Shown here: piece after piece, positions 10,845 to 24,259 of the stretch
How the letters are laid out: each line of letters opens with the position of its first letter
How positions within the stretch are numbered: the first letter of the stretch is position 1
Origin: the human T2T-CHM13v2.0 reference genome, Homo sapiens
Length of the DNA stretch: 64,000 nt
Strand: one strand, 5' to 3'
Assembly (NCBI RefSeq): GCF_009914755.1
Contig: NC_060941.1
Translations under genes and position numbers: made by a program
The notes under the pieces: generated by a model
The model's database searches: none
Seen by the model: the letters and a program-made list of their open reading frames with translations, nothing else
What the model was told of the DNA's origin: nothing

Positions 10845-13392
10845 GAATTCGTTGGAAACGGGATAATTTCAGCTGACTAAACAGAAGCAGTCTCAGAATC
10901 TTCTTTGTGATGTTTGCATTCAAATCCCAGAGTTGAACTTTCCTTTCAAAGTTCACGTTTGAAACACTCTTTTTGCAGGATCTACAAGTGGATATTTGGA
11001 CCACTCTGTGTCCTTCGTTCGAAACGGGTATATCTTCACATGACATCTAGACAGAAGCATTCTCAGAAGCTTCTCTGTGATGACTGCATTCAACTCACGG
11101 AGTTGAACACTCCTTTTGAGAGCGCAGTTTTGAAACTCTGTTTCTGTGGCATCTGCAAGGGGACATGTAGACCTCTTTGAAGATTTCGTTGGAAACGGAA
11201 TCATCTTCACATAAAAACTATACAGATGCATTCTCAGGAACTTTTTGGTGATGTTTGTATTCAACTCCCAGAGTTGAACTTTCCTTTGGAAAGAGCAGCT
11301 ATGAAACACGCTTTTTCTAGAATCTGCAAGTGGACGCTTGGAGGGCTTTGTGGTTTGTGGTGGAAAAGGAAATATCTTCACCTAAATACTACATAGAAGC
11401 ATTCTCAGAAACTGCTTTGTGATGATTGCATTCACCTCACAGAGTTGAACATTCCTATTGATAGAGCAGTTTGGAAACACTCCTGTTGTGGAATGTGCAA
11501 GTGGAGATTTGGTGCGCTTTGAGGCCTATTTTAGAAAAGGGAATAACTTCATAGAAAAACTAGACAGAAGCATTCTCAGAAAATACTTTGTGATGATTGA
11601 GTTCAACTCACAGAGCTGAACATTCCTTCGGATGGAGCAGGTTTGAGACACACTTTTTGTAGAATCTACAAGTGGATATTTGGACCTCTCTGAGGATTTC
11701 GTTGGAAACAGGATAACTGCACCTAACTAAACGGAAGCATTCTCAGAAACTTCTTGGTGATGTTTGCATTCAAATCCCAGAGTTGAACCTTCCTTTGATA
11801 GTTCAGGTTTGAAACACTCTTTTTGTAGGATCTGCAAGTGGATATTTGGACCACTCTGTGGCCTTCGTTCGAAACGGGTACATCTTCGCAAAAAATCTAG
11901 ACAGAAGCCTTCTCAGAAACTTCTCTGTGATGATTGCATTCAACTCACAGAGTTGAACCCCCCTATGGATAGAGCAGTGTTGAAACTCTCTTTTTGTGGA
12001 ATCTGCAAGTGGATATGTGGACCTCTCCGAAGATGTCTTTGGAAACGGGAATATCTTCACATAAAAACTAAACAGAAGCTTTCTCAGAAACTTCTCTGTG
12101 ATGTTTGTGTTCAACTCCCAGAGTTTCACATTGCTTTTCATAGAGTACTTCTGAAACATGCTTTTCGTAGTGTCTGCAAGTGGACGTTTGGAGCGCTTTC
12201 AGGCCTGTGGTGGAAAACGAATTATGGTCACATAAAAACTGGAGAGAAGCATTGTCAGAAACTTCTTTGTGATGATTGCATTCAACTCACAGAGTTGAAG
12301 GTTCCTTTTCAAACAGCAGTTTCCAATCACTCTTTCTGTGGAATCTGCAAGTGGATGTTTGGACCTCTTTGAAGATTTCATTGGAAACGGGAGAATCTTC
12401 ACAGAAAAGCTAAACAGAAGCATTCTCAGAAACTTCTTTGTGATGCTTGCATTCAACTCACAGAGTTGAACTTTCCTTTCGAGAGAGAAGCTTTGAAACA
12501 CTCTTTTTCCAGAATCTGCAAGTGGACATTTGGAGGGCTTTGAGGCCTGTGGTGGAAAAGGAATTATCTTCCCGTAAAAGCTAGATAGAAGCATTCTCAG
12601 AAACTACTTTGTGATGATTGCATTCAAGTCACAGAGCTGAACATTCCCTTTGACAGAGCAGTTTGGAAACTCTCTTTGTGTAAAATCTGCAAGTGGAGAT
12701 ATGGAATGCTTTGAGGACTATGGTAGTAAAGGAAATAGCTTCATATAAAAGCTAGACAGTAGCATTCACAGAAAACTCTTGGTGACGACTGAGTTTAACT
12801 CACAGAGCTGAACATTCCTTTGGATGGAGCAGTTTCGAAACACACTATTTGTAGAATCTGCAAGTGGATATTTGGGCCTCTCTGAGGATTTTGATGGAAA
12901 CGGGATAAACCGCACAGAACTAAAACAGAAGCATTCTCAGAACCCTCTTCGTGATGTTTGCATTCAACTCACAGTGCTGAACCTTTCTTTGATAGTTCAG
13001 CTTTGAAACACTCTTTTTGTAGAAACTGCAAGTGGATACTTGGTCCTCTCTGAGGATTTCGTTGGAAAAGGGATAAACCGCACAGAACTAAAAAGAAGCA
13101 TTCTCAGAACCTTCTTCGTGATGTCTGCATTCAACTCACAGTGTGGAACATTTCTTTGATACTTCAGGTTTGAAACACTCTTTTTGTAGAGACTGCAAGG
13201 GGATAATTGCACTTCTTTGAGGCCTACCGTAGTAAAGGAAATAACTTCCTATAAAAAGAAGACAGAAGCTTTCTCAGAAAATTCTTTGGGATGATTGAGT
13301 TGAACTCACAGAGCTGAACATTCCTTGCGATGGAACAGTTTAGAAACACACTTTCTGCAGAATCTGCAAGTGCATATTTGGACCTCTCTGAG
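10845..13392 (+). repeat. 15-mer HOR variant (2548 bp)
   Basis: GAATTC at 10845 and 13393. Shares private variants with the unit at 5237 (ggtgcgc, cctattttagaaaa, aaacagga, cccccctatgg). Confidence 0.95.
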
Positions 13393-16300
13393 GAATTCGT
13401 TGGAAACGGGATAATTTCAGCTGACTAAACAGAAGCAGTCTCAGAATCTTCTTTGTGATGTTTGCATTCAAATCCCAGAGTTGAACTTTCCTTTCAAAGT
13501 TCACGTTTGAAACACTCTTTTTGCAGGATCTACAAGTGGATATTTGGACCACTCTGTGTCCTTCGTTCGAAACGGGTATATCTTCACATGACATCTAGAC
13601 AGAAGCATTCTCAGAAGCTTCTCTGTGATGACTGCATTCAACTCACGGAGTTGAACACTCCTTTTGAGAGCGCAGTTTTGAAACTCTCTTTCTGTGGCAT
13701 CTGCAAGGGGACATGTAGACCTCTTTGAAGATTTCGTTGGAAACGGAATCATCTTCACATAAAAACTATACAGATGCATTCTCAGGAACTTTTTGGTGAT
13801 GTTTGTATTCAACTCCCAGAGTTGAACTTTCCTTTGGAAAGAGCAGCTATGAAACACTCTTTTTCTAGAATCTGCAAGTGGACGTTTGGAGGGCTTTGTG
13901 GTTTGTGGTGGAAAAGGAAATATCTTCACCTAAATACTACATAGAAGCATTCTCAGAAACTGCTTTGTGATGATTGCATTCACCTCACAGAGTTGAACAT
14001 TCCTATTGATAGAGGAGTTTGGAAACACTCCTGTTGTGGAATGTGCAAGTGGAGATTTGGAGCGCTTTGAGGCCTATGGTAGTAAAGGGAATAACTTCAT
14101 AGAAAAACTAGACAGAAGCATTCTCAGAAAATACTTTGTGATGATTGAGTTTAACTCACAGAGCTGAACATTCCTTTGGATGGAGCAGGTTTGAGACACA
14201 CTTTTTGTAGAATCTACAAGTGGATATTTGGACCTCTCTGAGGATTTCGTTGGAAACGGGATAACTGCACCTAACTAAACGGAAGCATTCTCAGAAACTT
14301 CTTGGTGATGTTTGCATTCAAATCCCAGAGTTGAACCTTCCTTTGATAGTTCAGGTTTGAAACACTCTTTTTGTAGGATCTACAAGTGGATATTTGGACC
14401 ACTCTGTGACCTTCGTTCGAAACGGGTACATCTTCGCATGACATCTAGACAGAAGCATTCTCAGAAGCTTCTCTGTGATGACTGCATTCAACTCACGGAG
14501 TTGAACACTCCTTTTGAGAGCACAGTTTTGAAACTCTCTTTCTGTGGCATCTGCAAGGGGACATGTAGACCTCTTTGAAGATTTCGTTGGAAACGGAATC
14601 ATCTTCACATAAAAACTATACAGATGCATTCTCAGGAACTTTTTGGTGATGTTTGTATTCAACTCCCAGAGTTGAAGTTTCCTTTGGAAAGAGCAGCTAT
14701 GAAACACTCTTTTTCTAGAATCTGCAAGCGGACGTTTGGAGGGCTTTGTGGTTTGTGGTGGAAAAGGAAATATCTTCACCTAAATACTAGACAGAAGCAT
14801 TCTCAGAAACTTCTTGGTGATGTTTGCATTCAAATCCCAGAGTTGAACCTTCCTTTGATAGTTCAGGTTTGAAACACTCTTTTTGTAGGATCTGCAAGTG
14901 GATATTTGGACCACTCTGTGGCCTTCGTTCGAAACGGGTACATCTTCGCATAAAATCTAGACAGAAGCCTTCTCAGAAACTTCTCTGTGATGATTGCATT
15001 CAACTCACAGAGTTGAACCCTCCTATGGATAGAGCAGTGTTGAAACTCTCTTTTTGTGGAATCTGCAAGTGGATATGTGGACCTCTCCGAAGATGTCTTT
15101 GGAAACGGGACTATCTTCACATAAAAACTAAACAGAAGCATTCTCAGAAACTTCTCTGTGATGTTTGTGTTCAACTCCCAGAGTGTCACATTGCTTCTCA
15201 TAGAGTAGTTCTGAAACATGCTTTTCGTAGTGTCTGCAAGGGGACATTTGGAGCGCTTTCAGGCCTGTGGTGGAAAACGAATTATGGTCACATAAAAACT
15301 GGAGAGAAGCATTGTCACAAACTTCTTTGTGATGATTGCATTCAACTCACAGAGTTGAAGGTTCCTTTTCAAACAGCAGGTTCCAAACACTCTTTCTGTG
15401 GAATCTGCAAGTGGATATTTGGACCTCTTTGAAGATTTCGTTGGAAACGGGAGAATCTTCACAGAAAAGCTAAACAGAAGCATTCTCAGAAACTTCTTTG
15501 TGATGCTTGCATTCAACTCACAGAGTTGAACTTTCCTTTCGAGAGAGAAGCTTTGAAACACTCTTTTTCCAGAATCTGCAAGTGGACCTTTGGAGGGCTT
15601 TGATGTCTGTGGTGGAAATGGAATTATCTTCCCGTAAAAGCTAGATAGAAGCATTCTCAGAAACTACTTTGTGATGATTGCATTCAAGTCACAGAGCTGA
15701 ACATTCCCTTTGACAGAGCAGTTTGGAAACTCTCTTTGTGTAGAATCTGCAAGTGGAGATATGGAATGCTTTGAGGCCTATGGTAGTAAAGGAAATAGCT
15801 TCATATAAAAGCTAGACAGTAGCATTCACAGAAAACTCTTGGTGACGACTGAGTTTAACTCACAGAGCTGGACATTCCTTTGGATGGAGCAGTTTCGAAA
15901 CACACTATTTGTAGAATCTGCAAGTGGATATTTGGGCCCCTCTGAGGATTTCGTTGGAAACGGGATAAACCGCACAGAACAAAAACAGAAGCATTCTCAG
16001 AACCCTCTTCGTGATGTTTGCATTCAACTCACAGTGCTGAAACTTTCTTTGATAGTTCAGCTTTGAAACACTCTTTTTGTAGAAACTGCAAGTGGATATT
16101 TGGTCCTCTCTGAGGATTTCGTTGGAAACGGGATAAACCACACAGAAATAAACAGAAGCATTCTCAGAACCTTCTTCGTGATGTCTGCATTCAACTCACA
16201 GTGTGGAACCATTCTTTGATAGTTCAGGTTTGAAACACTCTTTTTGTAGAGACTGCAAGGGGATAATTGCACTTCTTTGAGGCCTACCGTAGTAAAGGAA

Positions 16301-16452
16301 ATAACTTCCTATAAAAAGAAGACAGAAGCTTTCTCAGAAAATTCTTTGGGATGTTTGAGTTGAACTCACAGAGCTGAAAATTTCTTGCGATGGAGCAGTT
16401 TAGAAACACACTTTCTGCAGAATCTGCAATTGCATATTTGGACCTCTCTGAG
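13393..16452 (+). repeat. 18-mer HOR variant, copy 2 (3060 bp)
   Basis: GAATTC at 13393 and 16453, with the same 512-bp extra block at ~14279-14790. Confidence 0.92.
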
Positions 16453-19167
16453 GAATTCGTTGGAAACGGGATAATTTCAGCTGACTAAACAGAAGCAGTC
16501 TCAGAATCTTCTTTGTGATGTTTGCATTCAAATCCCAGAGTTGAACTTTCCTTTCAAAGTTCACGTTTGAAACACTCTTTTTGCAGGATCTACAAGTGGA
16601 TATTTGGACCACTCTGTGTCCTTCGTTCGAAACGGGTATACCTTCACATGACATCTAGACTGAAGCATTCTCAGAAGCTTCTCTGTGATGACTGCATTCA
16701 ACTCACGGAGTTGAACACTCCTTTTGAGAGCGCAGTTTTGAAACTCTGTTTCTGTGGCATCTGCAAGGGGACATGTAGACCTCTTTGAAGATTTCGTTGG
16801 AAACGGAATCATCTTCACATAAAAACTATACAGATGCATTCTCAGGAACTTTTTGGTGATGTTTGTATTCAACTCCCAGAGTTGAACTTTCCTTTGGAAA
16901 GAGCAGCTACGAAACACGCTTTTTCTAGAATCTGCAAGTGGACGCTTGGAGGGCTTTGTGGTTTGTGGTGGAAAAGGAAATATCTTCACCTAAATACTAG
17001 ATAGAAGCATTCTCAGAAACTGCTTTGTGATGATTGCATTCACCTCACAGAGTTGACAATTCCGATTGATAGAGCAGTTTGGAAACACTCTTGTTGTGGA
17101 ATGTGCAAGTGGAGATTTGGAGCGCTTTGAGGCCTATGGTAGTAAAGGGAATAGCTTCATAGAAAAACTAGACAGAAGCATTCTCAGAAAATACTTTGTG
17201 ATGATTGAGTTGAACTCACAGAGCTGAACATTCCTTTGGATGGAGCAGGTTCGAGACACACTTTTTGTAGGATCTACAAGTGGATATTTTGACCTCTCTG
17301 AGGATTTCGTTGGAAACGGGATAACTGCACCGAACTAAACGGAAGCATTCTCAGAAACTTCTTGGTGATGTTTGCATTCACATCCCAGAGTTGATCCTTC
17401 CTTTGATAGTTCAGGTTTGAAACACTCTTTTTGTAGGATCTGCAAGTGGATATTTGGACCACTCTGTGGCCTTCGTTCGAAACGGGTACATCTTCGAATA
17501 AAATCTAGACAGAAGCCTTCTCAGAAACTTCTCTGTGATGATTGCATTCAACTCACAGAGTTGAACCCTCCTATGGATAGAGCAGTGTTGAAACTCTCTT
17601 TTTGTGGAATCTGCAAGTGGATATGTGGACCTCTCCGAAGATGTCTTTGGAAACGGGAATATCTTCACATAAAAACTACACAGAAGCATTCTCAGAAACT
17701 TCTCTGTGATGTTTGTGTTCAACTCCCAGAGTGGTACATTGCTTTTCATAGAGTAGTTCTGAAACGTGCTTTTCGTAGTGTCTGCAAGTGGACATTTGGA
17801 GCGCTTTCAGGCCTGTGGTGGAAAACGAATTATGGTCACATAAAAACTGGAGAGAAGCATTGTCAGAAACTTCTTTGTGATGATTGCATTCAACTCACAG
17901 AGTTGAAGGTTCCTTTTCAAACAGCAGTTTCCAATCACTCTTTCTGTGGAATCTGCAAGTGGATATTTGGACCTCTTTGAAGATTTCGTTGGAAACGGGA
18001 GAATCTTCACAGAAAAGTTAAACAGAAGCATTCTCAGAAACTTCTTTGTGATGCTTGCATTCAACTCACAGAGTTGAACTTTCCTTTCGAGAGAGAAGCT
18101 TTGAAACACTCTTTTTCCAGAATCTGCAAGTGGACATTTGGAGGGCTTTGAGGCCTGTGGTGGAAAAGGAATTATCTTCCCGTAAAAGCTAGATAGAAGC
18201 ATTCTCAGAAACTACTTTGTGATGATTGCATTCAAGTCACAGAGTTGAACATTCCCTTTGACAGAGCAGTTTGGAAACTCTCTTTGTGTAGAATCTGCAA
18301 GTGGAGATATGGACCGCTTTGAGGCCTATGGTAGTAAAGGAAATAGCTTCATATAAAAGCTAGACAGTAGCATTCACAGAAAACTCTTGGTGACGACTGA
18401 GTTTAACTCACAGAGCTGAACACTCCTTTGGAGGGAGCAGTTTCGAAACACACTATTTATAGAATGTGCAAGTGGATATTTGGGCCTCTCTGAGGATTTC
18501 GTTGGAAACGGGATAAATGGCAAAGAAATAAACAGAAGCATTCTCAAAACCTTCTTCGTGATGTTTGCATTCAACTCACAGTGTTGAACCTTTCTTTGAT
18601 AGTTCAGGTTTGAAACGGTCTTTCTGTGGAAACTGCAAGTAGATATTTTGACCTCTCTGAGGATTTCGTTGGAAACAGGATAAACCGCACAGAACTAAAA
18701 CAGAAGCATTCTCAGAACCCTCTTCGTGATGTTTACATTCAACTCACAGTGCTGAAACTTTCTTTGATAGTACAGCTTTGAAACACTCTTTTTGTAGAAA
18801 CTGCAAGTGGATATTTGGGCCTCTCTGAGGATTTCGTTGGAAACGGGATAAACCGCACAGAACTAAACAGCACCATTCTCAGAACCTTCTTCGTGATGTC
18901 TGCATTCAACTCACAGTGTGGAAACTTTCTTTGATAGTTCAGGTTTGAAACACTCTTTTTGTAGAAACTGCAAGGGGATAATTGCACTTCTTTGAGGCCT
19001 ACCGTAGTAAAGGAAATAACTTCCTATAAAAAGAAGACAGAAGCTTTCTCAGAAAATTCTTTGGGATGATTGAGTTGAACTCACAGAGCTGAACATTCCT
19101 TGCGATGTAGCAGTTTAGAAACACACTTTCTGCAGAATCTGCAAGTGCATATTTGGACCTCTCTGAG
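16453..19167 (+). repeat. Isolated divergent 16-mer HOR (2715 bp)
   Basis: GAATTC spacing 2715. First appearance of the gaaacggtctttctg monomer (~18612), with many private substitutions. Confidence 0.9.
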
Positions 19168-22100
19168 GAATTCGTTGGAAACGGGATAATTTCAGCTGAC
19201 TAAACAGAAGCAGTCTCAGAATCTTCTTTGTGATGTTTACATTCAAATCCCAGATTTGAACTTTCCTTTCAAAGTTCACGTTTGAAACACTCTTTTTGCA
19301 GGATCTACAAGTGGATATTTGGACCACTCTGTGTCCTTCGTTCGAAACGGGTATATCTTCACATGACATCTAGACAGAAGCATTCTCAGAAGCTTCTCTG
19401 TGATGACTGCATTCAACTCACGGAGTTGAACACTCCTTTTGAGAGTGCAGTTTTGAAACTCTCTTTCTGTGGCATCTGCAAGGGGACATGTAGACCTCTT
19501 TGAAGATTTCGTTGGAAACGGAATCATCTTCACATAAAAACTATACAGATGCATTCTCAGGAACTTTTTGGTGATGTTTGTATTCAACTCCCAGAGTTGA
19601 ACTTTCCTTTGGAAAGAGCAGCTATGAAACACTCTTTTTCTAGAATCTGCAAGCGGACGTTTGGAGGGCTTTGTAGTTTGTGGTGGAAAAGGAAATATCT
19701 TCACCTAAATACTAGACAGAAGCATTCTCAGAAACTACTTTGTGATGATTGCATTCACCTCACAGAGTTGAACATTCCTATTGATAGAGCAGTTTGGAAA
19801 CACTCCTGTTGTGGAATGTGCAATTGGAGATTTGGAGCGCTTTGAGGCCTATGGTAGTAAAGGGAATAGCTTCATAGAAAAACTAGACAGAAGCATTCTC
19901 AGAAAATACTTTGTGATGATTGAGTTTAACTCACAGAGCTGAACATTCCCTTGGATGGAGCAGGCTTGAGACACACTTTTTGTAGAATCTACAAGTGGAT
20001 ATTTGGACCTCTCTGAGGATTTCGTTGGAAACGGGATAACTGCACCTAACTAAACGGAAGCATTCTCAGAAACTTCTTGGTGATGTTTGCATTCAAATCC
20101 CAGAGTTGAACCTTCCTTTGATAGTTCAGGTTTGAAACACTCTTTTTGTAGGATCTGTAAGTGGATATTTGGACCACTCTGTGGCCTTCGTTCGAAACGG
20201 GTACATCTTCGCATAAAATCTAGACAGAAGCCTTCTCAGAAACTTCTCTGTGATGATTGCATTCAACTCACAGAGTTGAACCCTACTATGGATAGAGCAG
20301 TGTTGAAACTCTCTTTTTGTGGAATCTGCAAGTGGATATGTGGACCTCTCCGAAGATGTCTTTGGAAAGGGGACTATCTTCACATAAAAACTAAACAGAA
20401 GCATTCTCAGAAACTTCTCTGTGATGTTTGTGTTCAACTCCCAGAGTGTCACATTGCTTCTCATAGAGTAGTTCTGAAACATGCTTTTCGTAGTGTCTGC
20501 AAGGGGACATTTGGAGCGCTTTCAGGCCTGTGGTGGAAAACGAATTATGGTCACATAAAAACTGGAGAGAAGCATTGTCAGAAACTTCTTTCTGATGATT
20601 GCATTCAACTCACAGAGTTGAAGGTTCCTTTTCAAACAGCAGGTTCCAAACACTCTTTCTGTGGAATCTGCAAGTGGATATTTGGACCTCTTTGAAGATT
20701 TCGTTGGAAACGGGAAAATCTTCACAGAAAAGCTAAACAGAAGCATTATCAGAAACTTCTTTGTGATGCTTGCATTCAACTCACAGAGTTGAACTTTCCT
20801 TTCGAGAGAGAAGCTTTGAAACACTCTTTTTCCAGAATCTGCAAGTGGACATTTGGAGGGCTTTGATGTCTGTGTTGGAAAAGGAATTATCTTCCCGTAA
20901 AAGCTAGATAGAAGCATTCTCAGAAACTACTTTGTGATGATTGCATTCAAGTCACAGAGCTGAACATTCCCTTTGACAGAGCAGTTTGGAAACTCTCTTT
21001 TTGTAGAATCTGCAAGTGGAGATATGGACCGCTTTGAGGCCTATGGTAGTAAAGGAAATAGCTTCATATAAAAGCTAGACAGTAGCATTCACAGAAAACT
21101 CTTGGTGACGACTGAGTTTAACTCACAGAGCTGGACATTCCTTTGGATGGAGCAGTTTCGAAACACACTCTTTGTAGAATCTGCAAGTGGATATTTGGGC
21201 CTCTCTGAGGATTTCGTTGGAAACGGGATAAACCGCACAGAACTAAAACAGAAGCATTCTCAGAACCCTCTTCGTGATGTTTGCATTCAACTCACAGTGC
21301 TGAAACTTTCTTTGATAGTTCAGCTTTGAAACACTCTTTTTGTAGAAACTGCAAGTGGATATTTGGTCCTCTCTGAGGATTTCGTTGGAAACAGGATAAA
21401 CCGCACAGAACTAAACAGAAGCATTCTCAGAACCTTCTTCGTGATGTCTGCATTCAACTCACAGTGTGGAACCTTTCTTTGATAGTTCAGGTTTGAAACA
21501 CTCTTTTTGTGGAAACTGCAAGGGGATAATTGCACTTCTTTGAGGCCTACCGTAGTAATGGAAATAACTTCCTATAAAAAGAAGACAGAAGCTTTCTCAG
21601 AAATTCTTTGGGATGATTGAGTTGAACTCACAGAGCTGAACATTCCTTGCGATGGAGCAGTTAGAAACACACTTTCTGCAGAATCTGCAAGTGCATATTT
21701 GGACCTCTCTGAGGAATTCGTTGGAAACGGGATAATTTCAGCTGACTAAACAGAAGCAGTCTCAGAATCTTCTTTGTGATGTTTGCATTCAAATCCCAGA
21801 GTTGAACTTTCCTTTCAAAGTTCACGTTTGAAACACTCTTTTTGCAGGATCTACAAGTGGATATTTGGACCACTCTGTGTCCTTCGTTCGAAACGGGTAT
21901 ATCTTCACATGACATCTAGACAGAAGCATTCTCAGAAGCTTCTCTGTGATGACTGCATTCAACTCACGGAGTTGAACACTCCTTTTGAGAGCGCAGTTTT
22001 GAAACTCTCTTTCTGTGGCATCTGCAAGGGGACATGTAGACCTGTTTGAAGATTTCGTTGGAAACGGAATCATCTTCACATATAAACTGTACAGATACAT

Positions 22101-24259
22101 TCTCAGGAACTTTTTGGTGATGTTTGTATTCAACTCCCAGAGGTGAACTTTCCTTTGGAAAGAGCAGCTATGAAACACTCTTTTTCTAGAATCTGCAAGT
22201 GGACGTTTGGAGGGCTTTGTGGTTTGTGGTGGAAAAGGAAATATCTTCACCTAAATACTAGATAGAAGCATTCTCAGAAACTGCTTTGTGATGATTGCAT
22301 TCACCTCACAGAGTTGACCATTCCTATTGATAGAGCAGTTTGGAAACACTCTTGTTGTGGAATGTGCAAGTGGAGATTTGGAGCGCTTTGAGGCCTATGG
22401 TAGTAAAGGGAATAGCTTCATAGAAAAACTAGACAGAAGCATTCTCAGAAAATACTTTGTGATGATTGAGTTGAACTCACAGAGCTGAACATTCCTTTGG
22501 ATGGAGCAGGCTTGAGACACACTTTTTGTAGAATCCACAAGTGGATATTTGGACCTCTCTGAGGATTTCGTTGGAAACGGGATAACTGCACCGAACTAAA
22601 CGGAAGCATTCTCAGAAACTTCTTGGTGATGTTTGCATTCAAATCCCAGAGTTGAACCTTCCTTTGATAGTTCAGGTTTGAAACACTCTTTTTGTAGGAT
22701 CTGCAAGTGGATATTTGGACCACTCTGTGGCCTTCGTTCGAAACGGGTACATGTTCGCATAAAATCTAGACAGAAGCCTTCTCAGAAACTTCTCTGTGAT
22801 GATTGCATTGAACTCACAGAGTTGAACCCTCCTATGGATAGAGCAGTGTTGAAACTCTCTTTTTGTGGAATCTGCAAGTGGATATGTGGACCTCTCCGAA
22901 GATGTCTTTGGAAACGGGAATATCTTCACATAAAAACTAAACAGAAGCATTCTCAGAAACTTCTCTGTGATGTTTGTGTTCAACTCCCAGAGTGTCACAT
23001 TGCTTCTCATAGAGTAGTTCTGAAACATGCTTTTCGTAGTGTCTGCAAGGGGACATTTGGAGCGCTTTCAGGCCTGTGGTGGAAAACGAATTATGGTCAC
23101 ATAAAAACTGGAGAGAAGCATTGTCAGAAACTTCTTTGTGATGATTGCATTCAACTCACAGAGTTGAAGGTTGCTTTTCAAACAGCAGTTTCCAAACACT
23201 CTTTCTGTGGAATCTGCAAGTGGATATTTGGACCTCCTTGAAGATTTCGTTGGAAACGGGATAATCTTCACAGAAAAGCTAAACAGAAGCATTATCAGAA
23301 ACTTCTTTGTGATGCTTGCATTCAACTCACAGAGTTGAACTTTCCTTTCGAGAGAGAAGCTTTGAAACACTCTTTTTCCAGAATCTGCAAGTGGACATTT
23401 GGAGGGCTTTGAGGCCTGTGGTGGAAAAGGAATTATCTTCCCGTAAAAGCTAGATAGAAGCATTCTCAGAAACTGCTTTGTGATGATTGCATTCAAGTCA
23501 CAGAGCTGAACATTCCCTTTGACAGAGCAGTTTGGAAACTCTCTTTGTGTAGAATCTGCAAGTGGAGATATGGAATGCTTTGAGGACTATGGTAGTAAAG
23601 GAAATAGCTTCATATAAAAGCTATACAGTAGCATTCACAGAAAACACTTGGTGACGACTGTGTTTAACTCACAGAGCTGAACATTCCTTTGGATGGAGCA
23701 GTTTCGAAACACACTCTTTGTAGAATCTGCAAGTGGATATTTGGGCCTCTCTGAGGATTTTGTTGGAAACGGGATAAACCGCACAGAACTAAAACAGAAG
23801 CATTCTCAGAACCCTCTTCGTGATGTTTGCATTCAACTCACAGTGCTGAAACTTTCTTTGATAGTTCAGCTTTGAAACACTCTTTTTGTAGAAACTGCAA
23901 GTGGATATTTTGTCCTCTCTGAGGATTTCGTTGGAAACGGGATAAACCGCACAGAACTAAACAGAAGCATTCTCAGAACCTTCTTCGTGATGTCTGCATT
24001 CAACTCACAGTGTGGAACCTTTCTTTGATAGTTCAGGTTTGAAACACTCTTTTTGTGGAAACTGCAAGGGGATAATTGCACTTCTTTGAGGCCTACCGTA
24101 GTAATGGAAATAACTTCCTATAAAAAGAAGACAGAAGCTTTCTCAGAAATTCTTTGGGATGATTGAGTTGAACTCACAGAGCTGAACATTCCTTGCGATG
24201 GAGCAGTTAGAAACACACTTTCTGCAGAATCTGCAAGTGCATATTTGGACCTCTCTGAG
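19168..24259 (+). repeat. Two 15-mer HOR variants of 2546 bp (two shared 1-bp deletions)
   Basis: GAATTC at 19168, 21714, 24260. ctcagaaattc replaces ctcagaaaattc (~21600, ~24147) and gcagttagaa replaces gcagtttagaa (~21660, ~24206). Confidence 0.92.

Larger units (their letters stand above)
5730..16999 (+). repeat. Tandem duplication of a 5608-bp (33-monomer) 15-mer+18-mer block
   Basis: Private variants and ORFs recur at exactly +5608 (6156/11764, 8704/14312, 9216/14824, 10231/15839). Diagnostic bases bound the start at 5730-5784 and the end at 16945-16999. Confidence 0.9.
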
